Shown here in pieces: positions 35,965 to 48,299 of a stretch of DNA of 50,029 bases. Numbering within the stretch: the first letter of the stretch is position 1; each line of letters begins with the position of its first letter. Source of the stretch: Octopus sinensis (Eukaryota). The notes under the pieces were generated by a model. The model had not been told where the DNA came from. It made no database searches and was given only the letters and a program-made list of their open reading frames with translations. The translations under genes and the position numbers were made by a program. The DNA lies in contig NW_021834242.1 in the NCBI RefSeq assembly GCF_006345805.1, positions 1-50,029 of the forward strand, read 5' to 3'.

Positions 35965-37461
35965 CAGATTGTAACATAGATAAATATATAGACAGAAATA
36001 GATAGAGTCAGAAGAATAGACATACCAACTACCAAACACCTAGAAAGATAGACTGCTTGATAGCTCGATAGATATATAGATAAATAGATAGATGCTTATG
36101 TTTTTTTATTGCTAGTCATCACTCATTTTGTCCATTTTATGTTTCTCACCTGTACTGCCCTTTGTAAAGAATTAGCAAACTGAGCTGTTTTGCAATAAAG
36201 GCTTGAATGGATTGAGAGCCATATGATAAACTGGTGAAGGAAGCATGGATTTAAACTCTGCCTTATTAGTTGCTCATTGGTGAAATAGCATAAAAAATAT
36301 TGTTTATGGTTAAGATTTCTTAATTAATATCAGTTTCTATATTAGTGTATGCATCTTTAGTGAAATGATGATGAACTCTCTTACAATATGACTATGTGAA
36401 TTGCTGAAATTATGGTATATTGTAAATTTCACGAATATTTGAATGACAGGAAAGCTATCCTGTTTCCTAACATGCAGATTTATTTTTCCCAAGTCATTTG
36501 ATTAATTGGTCATGTTTGTAAAACAGGGGAATGCCTCAAATTTTAGAGGAAGTGGTTAATTGATTAAATTGATCTTATTACTTGACTTGCACTTTTTTTA
36601 TCAACGATGAAAGGAAGAGAAACAAAGTTAGCCTCAACAGGATTTGAAACTAGAATATAAAGAGCTGGTAGAAATATTGGAAGGTATTTTGCCAGCACTC
36701 TAACAATTGTGCCTCTCCACCATCTTAAGTTTAATAGAATAAAATCTGTGAATGAATTTTGATGAATTTCTTGTGTAGTTTTAATGAAAGTTGGTCTCAC
36801 ATTGCTTGCATTTATATCTTTCCTGAGACATGTAAAAGTTTCCATTTGTATAATACTTGGCTGCTTGTCACTTCAAATAAAGAGTAGTGAACTGATATTA
36901 AAGCCAAAATTTTCCTTTCGCTACTATTAGGATGTTTTTCATTTTTACTTTCAGGGTAAAAAATGAATGATTACACTTATTGGTTTACATGCGAACTTTC
37001 GTTTATTTTATATCCTTCTATATGTTGGATATGCAAATTTCACGAAGCAGGGATAGACACAACTGTCTTCACACAACCTACTTCAGATTACTCCACTAAA
37101 CACAATACTCTAATAAATAGAAACTCTGAACAATGTCAACAACTTCCATGAACTCCCAATGACTCTCTTTGTCTCAACCAATATGCTAATTTTTTTATAA
37201 GAGTTTTGCTAGTCCATTCTTCCAATCCCATAGGGGTGCCAATGACTCTCACCACAACAGTTTATACATGTATAATTTACCAAAACAAGTATCCCCATGC
37301 GAAGCTTCACCTGTATGTAAGTACATAACTTTTTTGTTAATTTAAGTTTTCTGTTAGTTAACCATAGCTGTTTGTAAATTGAACACCTGTTCTCTGTGTA
37401 TATTGAACAATTTCCATAAGATATATATGTTTGCAAATGTAAAATATGTTTGTTTCCCAAT

Positions 37462-37600
37462 GCCATGGTTTAGGATCTAGTTCTACTGTGTGGCATTTTG
37501 GGCAAGAGTCTTCGACTATAGGTAGAGATCAACAAATGCATTTTTAGTGAAAGTGGTTGATGGGAACTATATGAAGCTTATTGCATGTGTGTGTATACAC
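37462..37600 (+). mobile_element. Degenerate SINE family 2 copy
   Basis: ccatggttttaggatctagttctactgtgtggcattttgggcaagagtcttcgactatag resembles the family 2 head and core. Confidence 0.6.
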
Positions 37601-37719
37601 CATATCAATTATGTGATGCATGTTATAGGTAACTGTTGACAAAAAGTGCAAAATACTCATTGAAAAATCAAAATAATTAGAGTAATGTCAAGAAGGGATG
37701 TGGAATGGATAGTGAAAGG

Positions 37720-38270
37720 TCTGGCTTGGAAGGTGTCCCACAGTATTGCAGCCTGTGCCTATGTGTCATCTTGCTACTGCAAAAGAGTACAGACCATTGA
37801 ATGTTTGTGAAATATTGGCATCTAAGATTATGAACTCTTTGGATTTAGTGATTACCTTGATGTCAGTGAGATTGCCATTGTCAAACAAGAGATTTGTTAC
37901 CTTAGTAAGTGTCTACCCTCCAACCATGTGTTCCTCTGAAGAGAAAAAAAGACTAATATTTTATCTTTCATGAAAAAAGCTTCTGTGCAGTGTTCTTTCT
38001 GCTTATAAAATCTTCATACTTGGTGATTTGAATGAAAGCATTTGCAGAGATAAAAAAGTTTGGGATATAATTGGGAAACATGAAGCCAGAAAATGCAATA
38101 GTAATGGCTTGTTTAGTACTGCAAATGTGTTCGATTTTTGCATATACTGGGTAACTGTCAATCTCCTAGTGTGGAGCATGCTGTATTTGAGCACCAAATA
38201 TGTGGGAGTATTTATGTGATCAAGATGAAAGGCAATTAGGTCTCTCATTAATTTCTGTTTGGTGAGTTGG
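37720..38270 (+). pseudogene. Decayed RTE-clade APE endonuclease remnant
   Basis: LMSVRLPLSNKRFVTLVSVYPPT and KIFILGDLNESICRDKKVWDIIGKHEARKCNSNG match the pattern of the RTE APE domain. Confidence 0.75.
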
Positions 38271-38515
38271 CCCTGAGGAAAAATCTAGGAACAAATTGAA
38301 ATTAAGGCATGAATGCATTAGAGACACTTAGAGGATCTAGATCAAATTAGAGAAAGTGAAAACATCACAAAGTTTTTGATGGAAGAAATTGGTTCATGTT
38401 GGAATGAGTGAATTTGAATGAATGTCAATAAAATCTTAGTGTGCATGAAAAGCTTGAGAGAGATTTTTGAAAAGGTCTTAATATTAATGTTTCCATTGTG
38501 TTTTGCTTCAAAAAC

Positions 38516-39729
38516 TACATAGACATGACAGAATTAAATAGACATCCTTATAATTGTTAAAATTTATTTAAGTTATTTATTATTATTATAATGTGAATAT
38601 CTAATATTTAGTAGACAGGCTCCTTGCATTTTTGAATGCAAGGACCCTAGCAGGCATGCTACTGATCTGATGAATATTCTCTTCATGATTTTCTTGCCAA
38701 GTTTCTTGCAGTAATATCAAAAGATCTGGCTTTAAGGATGCTTTCTTTTTCTTTTTAGGAAGTATCCCATCCATCATGCCTCAGAGTGTTCAGTAGGGTT
38801 CATATCTGGTGATTGGCTTAGCTATGGAAGCTTTTTAATGCCATTCTCTTCCAACCAATCCTGGGTCTTTTAGTAGTTGTGCAAGAAAGCCCTATCTTCC
38901 ATAAATAGTGTTATTTAATCATTTTACCCCTGGAGGTTATAGGAAGAAGATTTTTCTATAATATGGACACATTTATCTGAGTTTATGTATCCCTCACATT
39001 CCACCATTTCTGATTGACTATTGCTCCAAACTGCTCTCCAGACCATCACATGTTTCATTGTTGGCTGCAATATATTCACGTGAAAATATTGGTGACTGAT
39101 TCTCCAGACCCACATTCGACCAGTGTCAGAAAATACAGCAAATCTGGATTCATCAGAGAATTTGACAGTGTCCCAAAGTGCTAGTGACCTCTCTACCATT
39201 TCACTTGTCCAATCTTTTCTCCATTTGATATTGGCTGGTCGAAGCAGTGTCTTCTTTCTTGCTGCTCTGCCATAATAGCCAATTTTGCAGAGATAACTGA
39301 CAGCTATTCTGGGATTGACATCAACTTATTCTGCTATATTGGAGGCCTTGCAATGAGGATTATCTTACACACTTCTCTTAAGAAAGCAAAGTGTTCTGTC
39401 AGAGGGCCTTAGTCTACCTGGGTAAGGTGATATGGACTACTTTCCCGTTTAGTGAATTGAAAAATTACTCTATTTACTGTAGAAAGTGGAATCACAATGT
39501 TTTCTGTGGTTTTAGGCTAAGTCAGCCTTGAAATAGGCGCAGCATATGGCCTCTTTGTAAATTGGACATTTTTAAGGCTTCTTTTGTACATGGCATGATT
39601 AAACAGTTACATATAGAACCTGAAACATATAAATGTCAATTAATAAAAAAAATATAAACCTCTTCAAGTTATAATAACCATAAAACAATGTGTTAATGGG
39701 TATCTATTTACTTTTGTCATGTTTGTGTA
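38516..39729 (-). mobile_element. Decayed Tc1/mariner transposon with 32-bp imperfect TIRs and TA ends
   Basis: Transposase GYYGRAARKKTLL..WDTVKFSDESRF..VMVW..SQSPDMNPTEH. TIRs 38516-38547 and 39698-39729 match at 26 of 32 positions, counting the terminal TA. Confidence 0.85.
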
Positions 39730-40463
39730 CAAATGTATCATTTGTTAGAACTGCACTTTGAAAGAAAAAAGAAAACCTTTAGTAGAAAATTAGCATTAGC
39801 TACGACAACGTTACCCAACTATTAAATCTTATATTTTCAAACTCATGCTAGGATGGAAAAATGAACGTAGGTATGAGACTTATTTTTACACATGTATTGA
39901 TGCATATAAAACATGAAATTATGTTGTCTACATACTTAATACTTGCAATTAATTCATTGTAAGAACATAGAATTTTGACAGGTTTTCTTGAGTTGTTGCT
40001 CATCTACAATAATCTGATAAGTTTGAGGTTATTGTTGGTTGCATAAGATTGTCATTGAATTTTCTCTCGACAGAAATATCTAATCATTTTATCCATACTA
40101 GCATGGGTTGTGTGTGTCATGTTGATATCTGTTTCAGTTTAATTCCCTCTGCAATAGTTTCTTTTTTTGTGTTTATGCAATATTGTACTTTCATAAAATA
40201 CAGTCGTCTCTTGCCTTACACAGTATTCTGTTTCTTAGTTTCACTTTAGCACAATTTTACTCATTTTCCTCTATTTGTTTCTTTTTGTTTTTGTTTTTAC
40301 AAATATAGAAGTAGTAATTGCTTCAGTTTCTCATTATATTCTGTTAAATATTTTGAATTTGAAATATTAAAATTGATTTCACTGGAAATGAAAATTCAAT
40401 GTATAAAATTAACTTTAAACTAGATGTTCAGCATAAAATGCAAAAGTTTTACAAAAAGAATTG

Positions 40464-40620
40464 TCATCATCATTTAATGTCCATTATCTATGCTGGCTTG
40501 GGTTGGACAGTTTCATCAGAGCTGGTAAGCTGAGGGTCTGCAGCAGACTCAGTCTGATTTGTCATTGTTTCTATGGCTGGATGCCCTTCTTAACATCAAG
40601 CACTCCATGAGTGTTGTGGG
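40464..40620 (-). mobile_element. Old 3'-UTR fragment of the RTE family seen at 24523-25262
   Basis: catcatcatttaatgtcc...gggttggacag...atggctggatgcccttcttaac is a diverged reverse complement of 25100-25260. Confidence 0.75.
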
Positions 40621-41310
40621 CAGGGGTTGTGAAAAAATTAATTGATGGGAAATTAATTACAATATATTGTCTTCTAAGGCACGGCATGTCATGAAAGGTG
40701 TCGGTCATTAGTCATTGCCTTTATAAGTTTCAACAGTCAAAGATCATGCATTACCACCTTGTCCAATGCCTTCTTATGTCTGCTTCTTCTGCCATGTAGC
40801 ATAGTTGTCTGCACAGGTATAATAAATCTGGCTTTCACTCTGAAGAGAGACCCTTAGTTACCAAACAGAGGAAGGAGCTCTCTGAATTTGCTCAGCCTAT
40901 TTTTATTCTTGCAGCCACACACATCCACCTCTGCTACTGACTTTGTTGCTCAACAATCTTTATCGTACTCCTCTGGTATTTGATGAAGCCCATTTTCTGT
41001 ACACTTTTAGTGTTTACTGTACATGTGCACCTTCCACATATAAAATATATTTTCCCAGTTTACCTTCCTCTGATATTGCTACACCTATTATGTGTTATAC
41101 AGAGTACATCTACCTACCTATTTCCTTCATATTGAGGATGGCCATGTACCTGAAGGGCTTTACGATTTATCAATTTTCCTACTTACTAAGACTTTGGGTG
41201 AGGGTTAGGTAGGTTAATTCTGTGACCTTTCAATTCTAGACCTTGCTTCCATACGCACAATTTGTTCTCTAGTTCTGGTAGTGATTTAGCTATAAGAAGA
41301 AGCTCATTAG

Positions 41311-43246
41311 TAAATAAGTGTGAAAACTCTTTGCTTTCACAAACACTTTATGTACACTGATTGAAGCAATGAAAAAAAATGTCCTCGGTATACATGAAAC
41401 GTGAAGGAAAATATTTGGATAATGAAACGAATAATGTATGGCTAATTGAATGTAATGTAATAAATGATAATATATGAGTGTTCAGTTGTCATCCTCTATG
41501 CCCTCCCCAATTCCTTTGAGAGAAGCAAAGAAGACTAATAATATGTATTAAATGATTAACGAAAATAATAATTAGTGCAAGAGACCCTTAATCAATATTG
41601 ACGGTGAACGATCAAGGAGCAACGTGTCAGTTGTGCATCAGGCTTTTGTGTCAGTCTTTGCGAGTCTGGCAGAGCGACAAACAGGACAATTGCTGGATGG
41701 AGGATAAATTGCATCAGGCAAGGGTCACTTTTGGAAAGCAGGGGTTTCAAGGGGTATTGGGGTATGACCACTTGTGGTAAAGGTGGGGTAAGTTGGCGTC
41801 GCTCTGTGGGTAGGTGGTGAGATGCATTTCTGGTCATGGTAATTTTGGAGTTGGGAAGTGGGCATTGGTGTTGCAGCTGCATGAGGTGCTGTTAAAGTCG
41901 GTTGAGAAGGTAGTCTCATCACTGGTGTTGGCGTAGGGAACGCAGGTGGTCCAGACACCATGAGCAGTGGGGCGTGGGAAGAAGCAGTAGATACTTCCAG
42001 AGGAATTTTGTTGCACAGTGTGACTTGGCCTGATCCATCCACTCTCAACATGTATGGATCGAAATGATGTACATCTAAATGGCACCAGTTTTCCCCCCAT
42101 TTGTAGGATTGGGTCAAACTTGGCTCTGGATTAGGACATAGTTCGAAAGAAGTGAGCATGTGTGTTTTGACAACCGTTCAGTAACACTCATGTTGTGTTT
42201 ACGCAGGTCTTGTTTTCAATAAGTCATAGTTTCATGCCATGTGGAATGTAGCTTGTACTTGCCAGGATGGATGGGAATAAAGTATTGTATAGGGCTGCCA
42301 AAGATGCACATGGCTGGGGACAAGTGTGTGTCCCGGTCAGGTGTATTTCTTTATTGTAGCATTGTGCACTGGAAACTGTCAGTGTTAAGGAAGTCATTGG
42401 TGTCAGTGTTGTCTGTAACGAGGCCCTTTATTGTCTCAATACCGACTTTGGCGCGGCAGTTGTCATGGGGAAATGCAATGGTGGCGATTCTCCCCAATTG
42501 TGGAAGAAGGTACAATGTCAGCTCATAGCTGATAGGGCAGTGTTATGTACCTGTGCGCCATTCGATGCTCCTTTAAGATGGTTTTCCAGACCTGTTAGGA
42601 CATACCACCATTGTCTGTCACCAAGTGATAGATGTACCAATGGGTATAGGCTTGATAACTCCAAGAGGAACATTCCGGTCGAGACCTGCTTTTACTTCCT
42701 CTTGCCAATGAACCAGGACTGGTATGGGCGTATGGTGGGCGACTGGTTTAGCATTAAGCGGATCGGTTGGTCAGACATCTTGGAGAATTGCCGATGGTTG
42801 CAGACGTTGAATGTGCTGGAGCTGTACTATTGTAGCAGCAACTTCCTCAGGCGACAACGTTTTTCCTCAGTGGCTGGGAATGGTAGTGTAATTGGAGGAG
42901 GGGGTTGTATTTGTTGTAGGTGGCAGGTGCATACATTCTGTGTCATTGTTGCAGATGATCGATGAGGCTTGTCAGTACTCTCTCCCATGGATTGTTTACA
43001 GGCCAACTCATGGCACAATCAGGTGCAGGACAGGGTACGTTGGTCATACTGACTCGCTTTTTGTCATAAATAAGTCTGACAACTGTTTGCTTTCACCAAT
43101 ATTTTACGCAGTCTGAAGCAATGAATAAAGGGTCTTCAGTATATCTGAAATGTGAAGGGAAAGATGATGGATAATAAAATGAATAATATATGGCGAATTG
43201 AATGTAATGTAATAAATGTAATATATGTGTGTTTAGTTGTAATCCT
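41311..43246 (-). mobile_element. Internally deleted Ty3/gypsy LTR retrotransposon retaining both diverged LTR-like repeats
   Basis: Direct repeats 41311-41495 and 43067-43246. RT start PVAHHTPIPVLVHWQEEVKAGLD..GVIKPIPIG (~42800-42600) is joined to integrase [31 protein letters not shown] (~42480-42280) and VDGSGQVTL. Purine tract ggggaggg lies next to the 3' LTR. Confidence 0.85.
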
Positions 43247-44329
43247 GTAATCAGCATAGAGGAGTTGCTAGGGTCTGTCTGTTTTATATTCATCTGTTAT
43301 TATCTGAATGATTATGATACCAACAAAAGTCAAGTACATAGGTTTATACTTGGTTAGGTACTTCTCCTGGGGTTTCTTACCAGAAATATATCATGACTGG
43401 TGTTTCTTCCTGATACAAACCCAAATTGCATCTCATCTAGATTAAGTCTTTTCCTAATTAGTTGGGCTATGATCCTCTCCGTGATTTTCATCATCTGAAG
43501 AAATTAGTGCCAGTGCAAGCACTTTATTTTTAAAGCACACATCAGGCATATGTTAACATATTAGCAATGAGAAAGCGCTCTAATCGATGTCTACCTATAT
43601 ACATACATATATGCAGGGTAGCCATGTACTTTCTCTACAGCGACACACCTCTGCCTGTCTCTCTATCATACTACAGGTTAGGATGAAGCCACCTCTCTCA
43701 CTACTAGCAGTCCACTCATCCTTGAAATTTACTTTTTAATTTTACTAGTGTCAGTGTTACCAAACTTTTCTCAGACATAGAAACCATGTGAAAACAAACA
43801 TTAGATGTACGTGTAGTAATTCATCTCAGATAGTGTGAAATAGTCCACCCATGACAACATGAAAAACGAATGTTAAATGATGATGACACACATACACGTT
43901 AATTGTATTTCTTATATTAATTTCAATAATTAATTTGTTTCTATTTATAAATAAAAACAATTGATTTCGCATGAGAATGATTAGTTTGATGACTTGTGGA
44001 AGCAATGTACTGTGTAAATGTAAGGACAACTGTATTTATTAAACAAGTGTATTTCATGATTCGACACATAGACAAAACTTGACTTTCAAATGTTGGTTGA
44101 TATTTTGCTTGTTGTTTGCATATCATGCCTTGTATTATAGATCCCAAATGGCCAAAGGTAAGTGGTTTTTCTTATTTTGGTGTGGGTTTGCTGTTAGGAT
44201 TGGTTTTCAGAGTTTAGTCTATATTAGGGTTAGCTTGAGGATTGTGAAGGGTTTTTAGAGAGAATAGTCAAGTAAGAGATCAAAGTTTGAACTAGGGGTT
44301 AGGATTTGGGGTGATGAGAGGAGAGATTG

Positions 44330-44870
44330 AACAGGTTTATTTATAGTGTTGATGACTGTTTTATATCGGGTTAGCATTGAAAAGCAGGGATGAGGGCTGG
44401 GTGCTTAGATAAGATGCGGATGTCAAGTTAACCCAAGTTATCTCCATCGTGGTCTTTGGCATGTTGGTAGAGTATAGAAGACTGTTTTCTGTCGTCAAGT
44501 TGTCTTAGATGTTCATTTATCCGTTCCGCAATGCTCTGGACGTCTCCTCTATGTACATCATGTTCATGTCTTTACAAGCACCTTCTATGCATCTTATATT
44601 GTAAACTACATTTCGAGTTCTACAGTTAATACCAGGGCTAATTCTACATGCCATGCAGTTATCAATTGTGCATATGGTATTCTTAAACGGGCATGTCCTT
44701 CATAATTGTGACCTGACGGAGTTCCTTGGCTTTTCAACAATTTTAATGTTGAGTTTGGTCTCTTTCAGAGCTTTTCTAAATCTACTGGCTAGTTCTCCAT
44801 GGGCTGTGGCCACTACAAATATCACTCCTTGAATTTTTACTGGTGAGTGTGTATTTAATAGTAAGGCACT
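44330..44870 (-). pseudogene. Penelope-like GIY-YIG remnant (PLE3), not in the ORF track
   Basis: Manual translation GVIFVVATAHGELASRFRKALKET...CRTRNVVYNIRC..CKDMNMMYIEETSRA..INEHLRQ..SILYQHAKDH. Confidence 0.8.
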
Positions 44871-44934
44871 AAAAGAGAAAGACTCTCCCCAGACACAACA
44901 TAATATACACTGTTTTCGCTAATTACTCTTTCAC

Positions 44935-45085
44935 TCACTTTTGCTACTTTCAGTTATTTGACTGTGGCCATGTTGGAGCACCGCCTTCATTCAAACAAAT
45001 AGAGCCCAGGACCTATTCTCTTTTGCTGAACTGTTCAGTTACAGGTGCGTGAAAACAGCAGCATCGTTTGTCAAGCAATGTTCGA
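44935..45085 (-). mobile_element. SINE family 1
   Basis: ttcagttatttgactgtggccatgttggagcaccgcc...aaaacagcagcatcgtttgtcaagcaatgtt. Confidence 0.75.
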
Positions 45086-45130
45086 TGGATGAAGAGGCAT
45101 ACAAACGTATATGTATGTATATATATATAT

Positions 45131-46255
45131 TGTTACGACGGGTGGGACCTCCGAAAACTGTACGGAATCCCTCAGACAGGCCCGACTCGATCAGCGAATG
45201 TTCTCGCCACGGAAACTCGTCGGAGAGGAGAGGAGAGACACAACAACAACAACCGCAGCAGCACAGAAAGATACAGAGGCACAGAGGCAAGGCAAAACGG
45301 CAACACTGGCTTATATTCAACAACTAGTTTATACGACAATCAATGGTTACAACATCAAAGCATTTAAGGCAAACATTTAAGGAGGACATGCACGTGACTA
45401 CTAAATACAACAGTCCGGTAACGACACAACAAGTCATATATATCAGCAACAGATCAAAGCATTTAAACATGCATGTAACAATATAACAGCGTTCATAGAC
45501 AAACAAGTTCAGATCACATAATGTTCACGATACGTCACAGTCCATTCAGAACACTTCGATACATTATACAATGTTCGCATCACAACAATTCACGTTACAA
45601 TTCAAAGTTCATTATCGTCTACATCAGAGTCCTTCTTTTTCTCTCTTCTTTCTCTTCTTTTCTTTTCACTGTCTCTACATTGTGACACGTATCGATACAT
45701 AATCACATACCTTAATTCCTAACTGAATCGCCAGTGTCCCATCTTGCACTCCACCTCTCCCTCAATACTGGTACTCCAGCTTGCCAAACTCCTGCATCCC
45801 AACGCTTGCTCCCAAGATTCCACCTCCTCCTTGTCCTGACTTCCAAGATCCGACTGTCCTTCTACGACGACCGACTCCAACTGCCAAAACCTCACTTCGT
45901 CTCTCTCTTCCCCACTACCGCTTATACCCTCTCTATTTGCCCTCTGCCCTTACTGCGCCTATCTCTCGCCTGCTGCCTATCACCCTCTCATGACAGCTCT
46001 ACCATACTCTCTGCCTGTCCTTCTCTGCCCCCTCATCCTCTCTCACTGCTAATTCTTCCTCACATCTGTCCCTTAGCCTTATACTCTATCTCTCTTACTA
46101 CTTTTCTCTCTCTTCTTCAAGGGGTGTTTAGAACGACCTCTAATCGACCGCACAAGGCCAGAAAGGTCCATCCAAAAGCCATCAGTCTCCCAGTAAACAA
46201 AGGACTGTCTATTTCCTTCTAGACGTGCCGGCGCCACACTCAAAGTGGGTCACCA
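45131..46255 (-). mobile_element. Possible LTR-retroelement remnant
   Basis: Sharp TGTTACG boundary at 45131 after (TA)n, a long purine tract on the minus strand at 45630-45670, and PBS-like TGGTGACCCAC on the minus strand at 46245-46255. No recognisable protein motif. Confidence 0.35.
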
Positions 46256-46315
46256 AGAACTGCACTTAGCCAAAATCCATAACAATATGTATATTATATA
46301 TATATATATATATAC

Positions 46316-46480
46316 ACACGATGGGCTTCTTTTAGTTTCCGTCTACGAAATCTATTCACAAGGCTTTGGTCACCCCAAGGCTATAGTTGAAGACACTTGT
46401 CCAAGGTTCCACGCAGTCGGACTGAAGCCAGAACACTGCGGTTCGTAAACAAGCTACTTATCACAAAGCCGCTCCTACGC
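46316..46480 (-). mobile_element. tRNA-derived SINE family 2
   Basis: Homologous to 32166-32305. Confidence 0.85.
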
Positions 46481-46515
46481 CTAGTAGTATATATATATAT
46501 ATATATATATATTTA

Positions 46516-46870
46516 TCTACTTATAAAACTGAAATGCGAAAAGTTTGTTTGTTTGTTTGTCTGGAACGGTTTAAAGGCCACTACATCCCGTCGGATTGAC
46601 TCCAAAATTTACGGTTCGTGAGCAATCATTCTCACAGAAATGCGCGCACAAACAGACACAGAATGTCACGGTTTAAAGGTCAACATGTTTAAAATATAAA
46701 CAGCTACGAGTTTGCGTATATGCACGTAACTATGTGCATGGGTGCGGACGTGTGTTTCCAGAATGTCTCAGTTTTAAGGTCAACATATTTAAAACATAAA
46801 TAGGTACGAGATTGCGTCGTTGCATGTATCTATATTCGTGAGTGCGGACGTGTGGGTGTTTGTGCGTGTG
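46516..46870 (+). mobile_element. 5' end of a non-autonomous Helitron-like element with (GTTT)n and an internal 100-bp duplication
   Basis: a|TCtacttataaaactgaaatgcgaaaa(gttt)n fits the 5' TC-after-A pattern; cagaatgtc..aaggtcaacat..tgcggacgtgtg occurs at 46659 and 46759. Confidence 0.55.
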
Positions 46871-47024
46871 TGAGCACAGTCCACATATACCCAAGGTGGT
46901 TGCATTGTCTTATGGGAACTGGCCTTGTGAAAGTTCCGGACCCCATTAATGAACTCATTTGCATACAAACAATGAGGGCTCAACTTGAACTTGTCCGGTT
47001 AACAAACAGTAGTGTCTGAATGGG

Positions 47025-47345
47025 AATTAGCTTGCTTACCTAACAAATATTTCCGAGTTCAGTCCCACTGGGTGGCATGTTGGGCAAATGTCTTCTACTA
47101 TAGTCTCGGACCGACCAAAGCCTTGTGAGTGGATTTGGGAGACGGAAACTAAAAGAAGACTGTCGTATATATATATCTGTATGTAGCAGTAAGAGTGGCT
47201 GTGGTATTAGCTTGCTTTCCAAACACGGTGATTCTTGTACAGTCCAACTACGTGGCCCCATGGGCAAGTGTCTTCGAATATAGCCTCGGACAGACCAACA
47301 TTTCTGAGTAGATTTGGTACACGGAAACAGAAAGTAGCCTGTGCT
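47025..47345 (+). mobile_element. Two head-to-tail tRNA-derived SINE family 2 copies
   Basis: gagttcagtcccactgggtggcatgttgggcaaatgtcttctactatag (47055) and gagtggctgtggtattagcttgc...atgggcaagtgtcttcgaatatag (47192). Confidence 0.85.
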
Positions 47346-47364
47346 ATATAGATAGGTGTGTGTG

Positions 47365-47458
47365 TATATATATATATGGATACATATATATATATGGATA
47401 CATATATATATATGGATACATATATATATATGGATACATATATATATATATGGATACG
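47365..47458. repeat. ~18-bp minisatellite (ATATATATATGGATACAT), 5 copies
   Basis: ggatac recurs five times at ~18-20 bp spacing. Confidence 0.9.
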
Positions 47459-47593
47459 TTTGTGTCTGCCTTCCAAATGCTGTTTTTACTGAGATCTCCC
47501 TTTTTAGTAGAAGAAATAGCTATAACCCTTTGACTGCTATTTCTAAATTCGGTATGTGGTAAGGCAACTCGTTGCTAAACCCTTATTGCTTAG

Positions 47594-47668
<75 letters not shown>

Positions 47669-48044
47669 CATAGGCATATATTGACAGATATATGTATATA
47701 CATATAGATATTTAAACATATAAGGGATGGCCATAATGGGACATCCGACTCAATAGAGAGAGCAGTGAAACTCAAAAAAATCGTAAAAGTCTATCATGTC
47801 TGAATAATATATTCGTGAGTTATTTCCACCTGCACATTATAATTTAATAAAAGTAATATAATTATATGTAAGGAAAGTAACTCTGGAAGATGTTATCTAG
47901 TTATCTCCCTTCCGAGAGTTAATTTCCTTAAATATTATTTTATTATTGTTAAATTTTTATATTTAAGGGAAGTAACTGTTGAAGAAACTTTGTAGTTATC
48001 TCCCTTAAGTATGTAGTTGTCGTAACATAGACTTTGTCGCTCTT

Positions 48045-48186
48045 TGACTCTTTCAGTTATTTCACTGTGACCATGGTGGAGCATCGCCTTTAGTCAAGCA
48101 AATCAACCCCATGAATTATTCTTTGTATGGCCTATTACTTAATGTATAGGTCTCTTTTGCAGAACCGATAAGTTACGGGGACGTAA
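48045..48186 (-). mobile_element. SINE family 1
   Basis: ctttcagttatttcactgtgaccatggtggagcatcgcctttagtcaagcaaatcaacccc...gaaccgataagttacggggacgtaa. Confidence 0.8.
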
Positions 48187-48195
48187 TGTTCGATA

Positions 48196-48296
48196 TACTG
48201 ATTTAGTAGGTATTTATTTATTGTAAGAACTTCAATTATCATAAATTATGGGCTAGGAAAGATACTGGAAACTTTTTGATAGACCTATTGGGGCTC
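48196..48296 (+). repeat. Solitary copy of the ~120-bp unit arrayed at 14686-15218
   Basis: tactgatttagtaggtatttattt..agaacttcaatta..taaattatgggctaggaaagatactggaaactttttgatagacctattgggg. Confidence 0.88.
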
Positions 48297-48299
48297 CTT

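Noticed and set aside
36050-37450. Unassigned AT-rich stretch with short ORFs and an acceptor-like tttactttcag at ~36945
   Set aside because: No recognisable domain, codon bias or donor partner; cannot be supported without RNA data.
44180-44320. Telomere-like ttagggttag and ggggttagg motifs (also ~13165-13190)
   Set aside because: Only one or two degenerate units, with no tandem TTAGGG array.
45131-45354. Solo LTR (TGTTAC...ACAACA)
   Set aside because: Flanks atat and tcaa give no target-site duplication and the right boundary is ambiguous; kept only as a low-confidence remnant.
45734-46222. 162-aa plus-strand ORF
   Set aside because: Pyrimidine-rich low-complexity sequence giving Leu/Ser/Pro-rich translation with no motif.
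46885-47015. Possible host exon on the minus strand (ctaat...ttcag acceptor-like; ORF 46789-46983)
   Set aside because: All three frames from the acceptor contain stops and no protein motif is recognisable.
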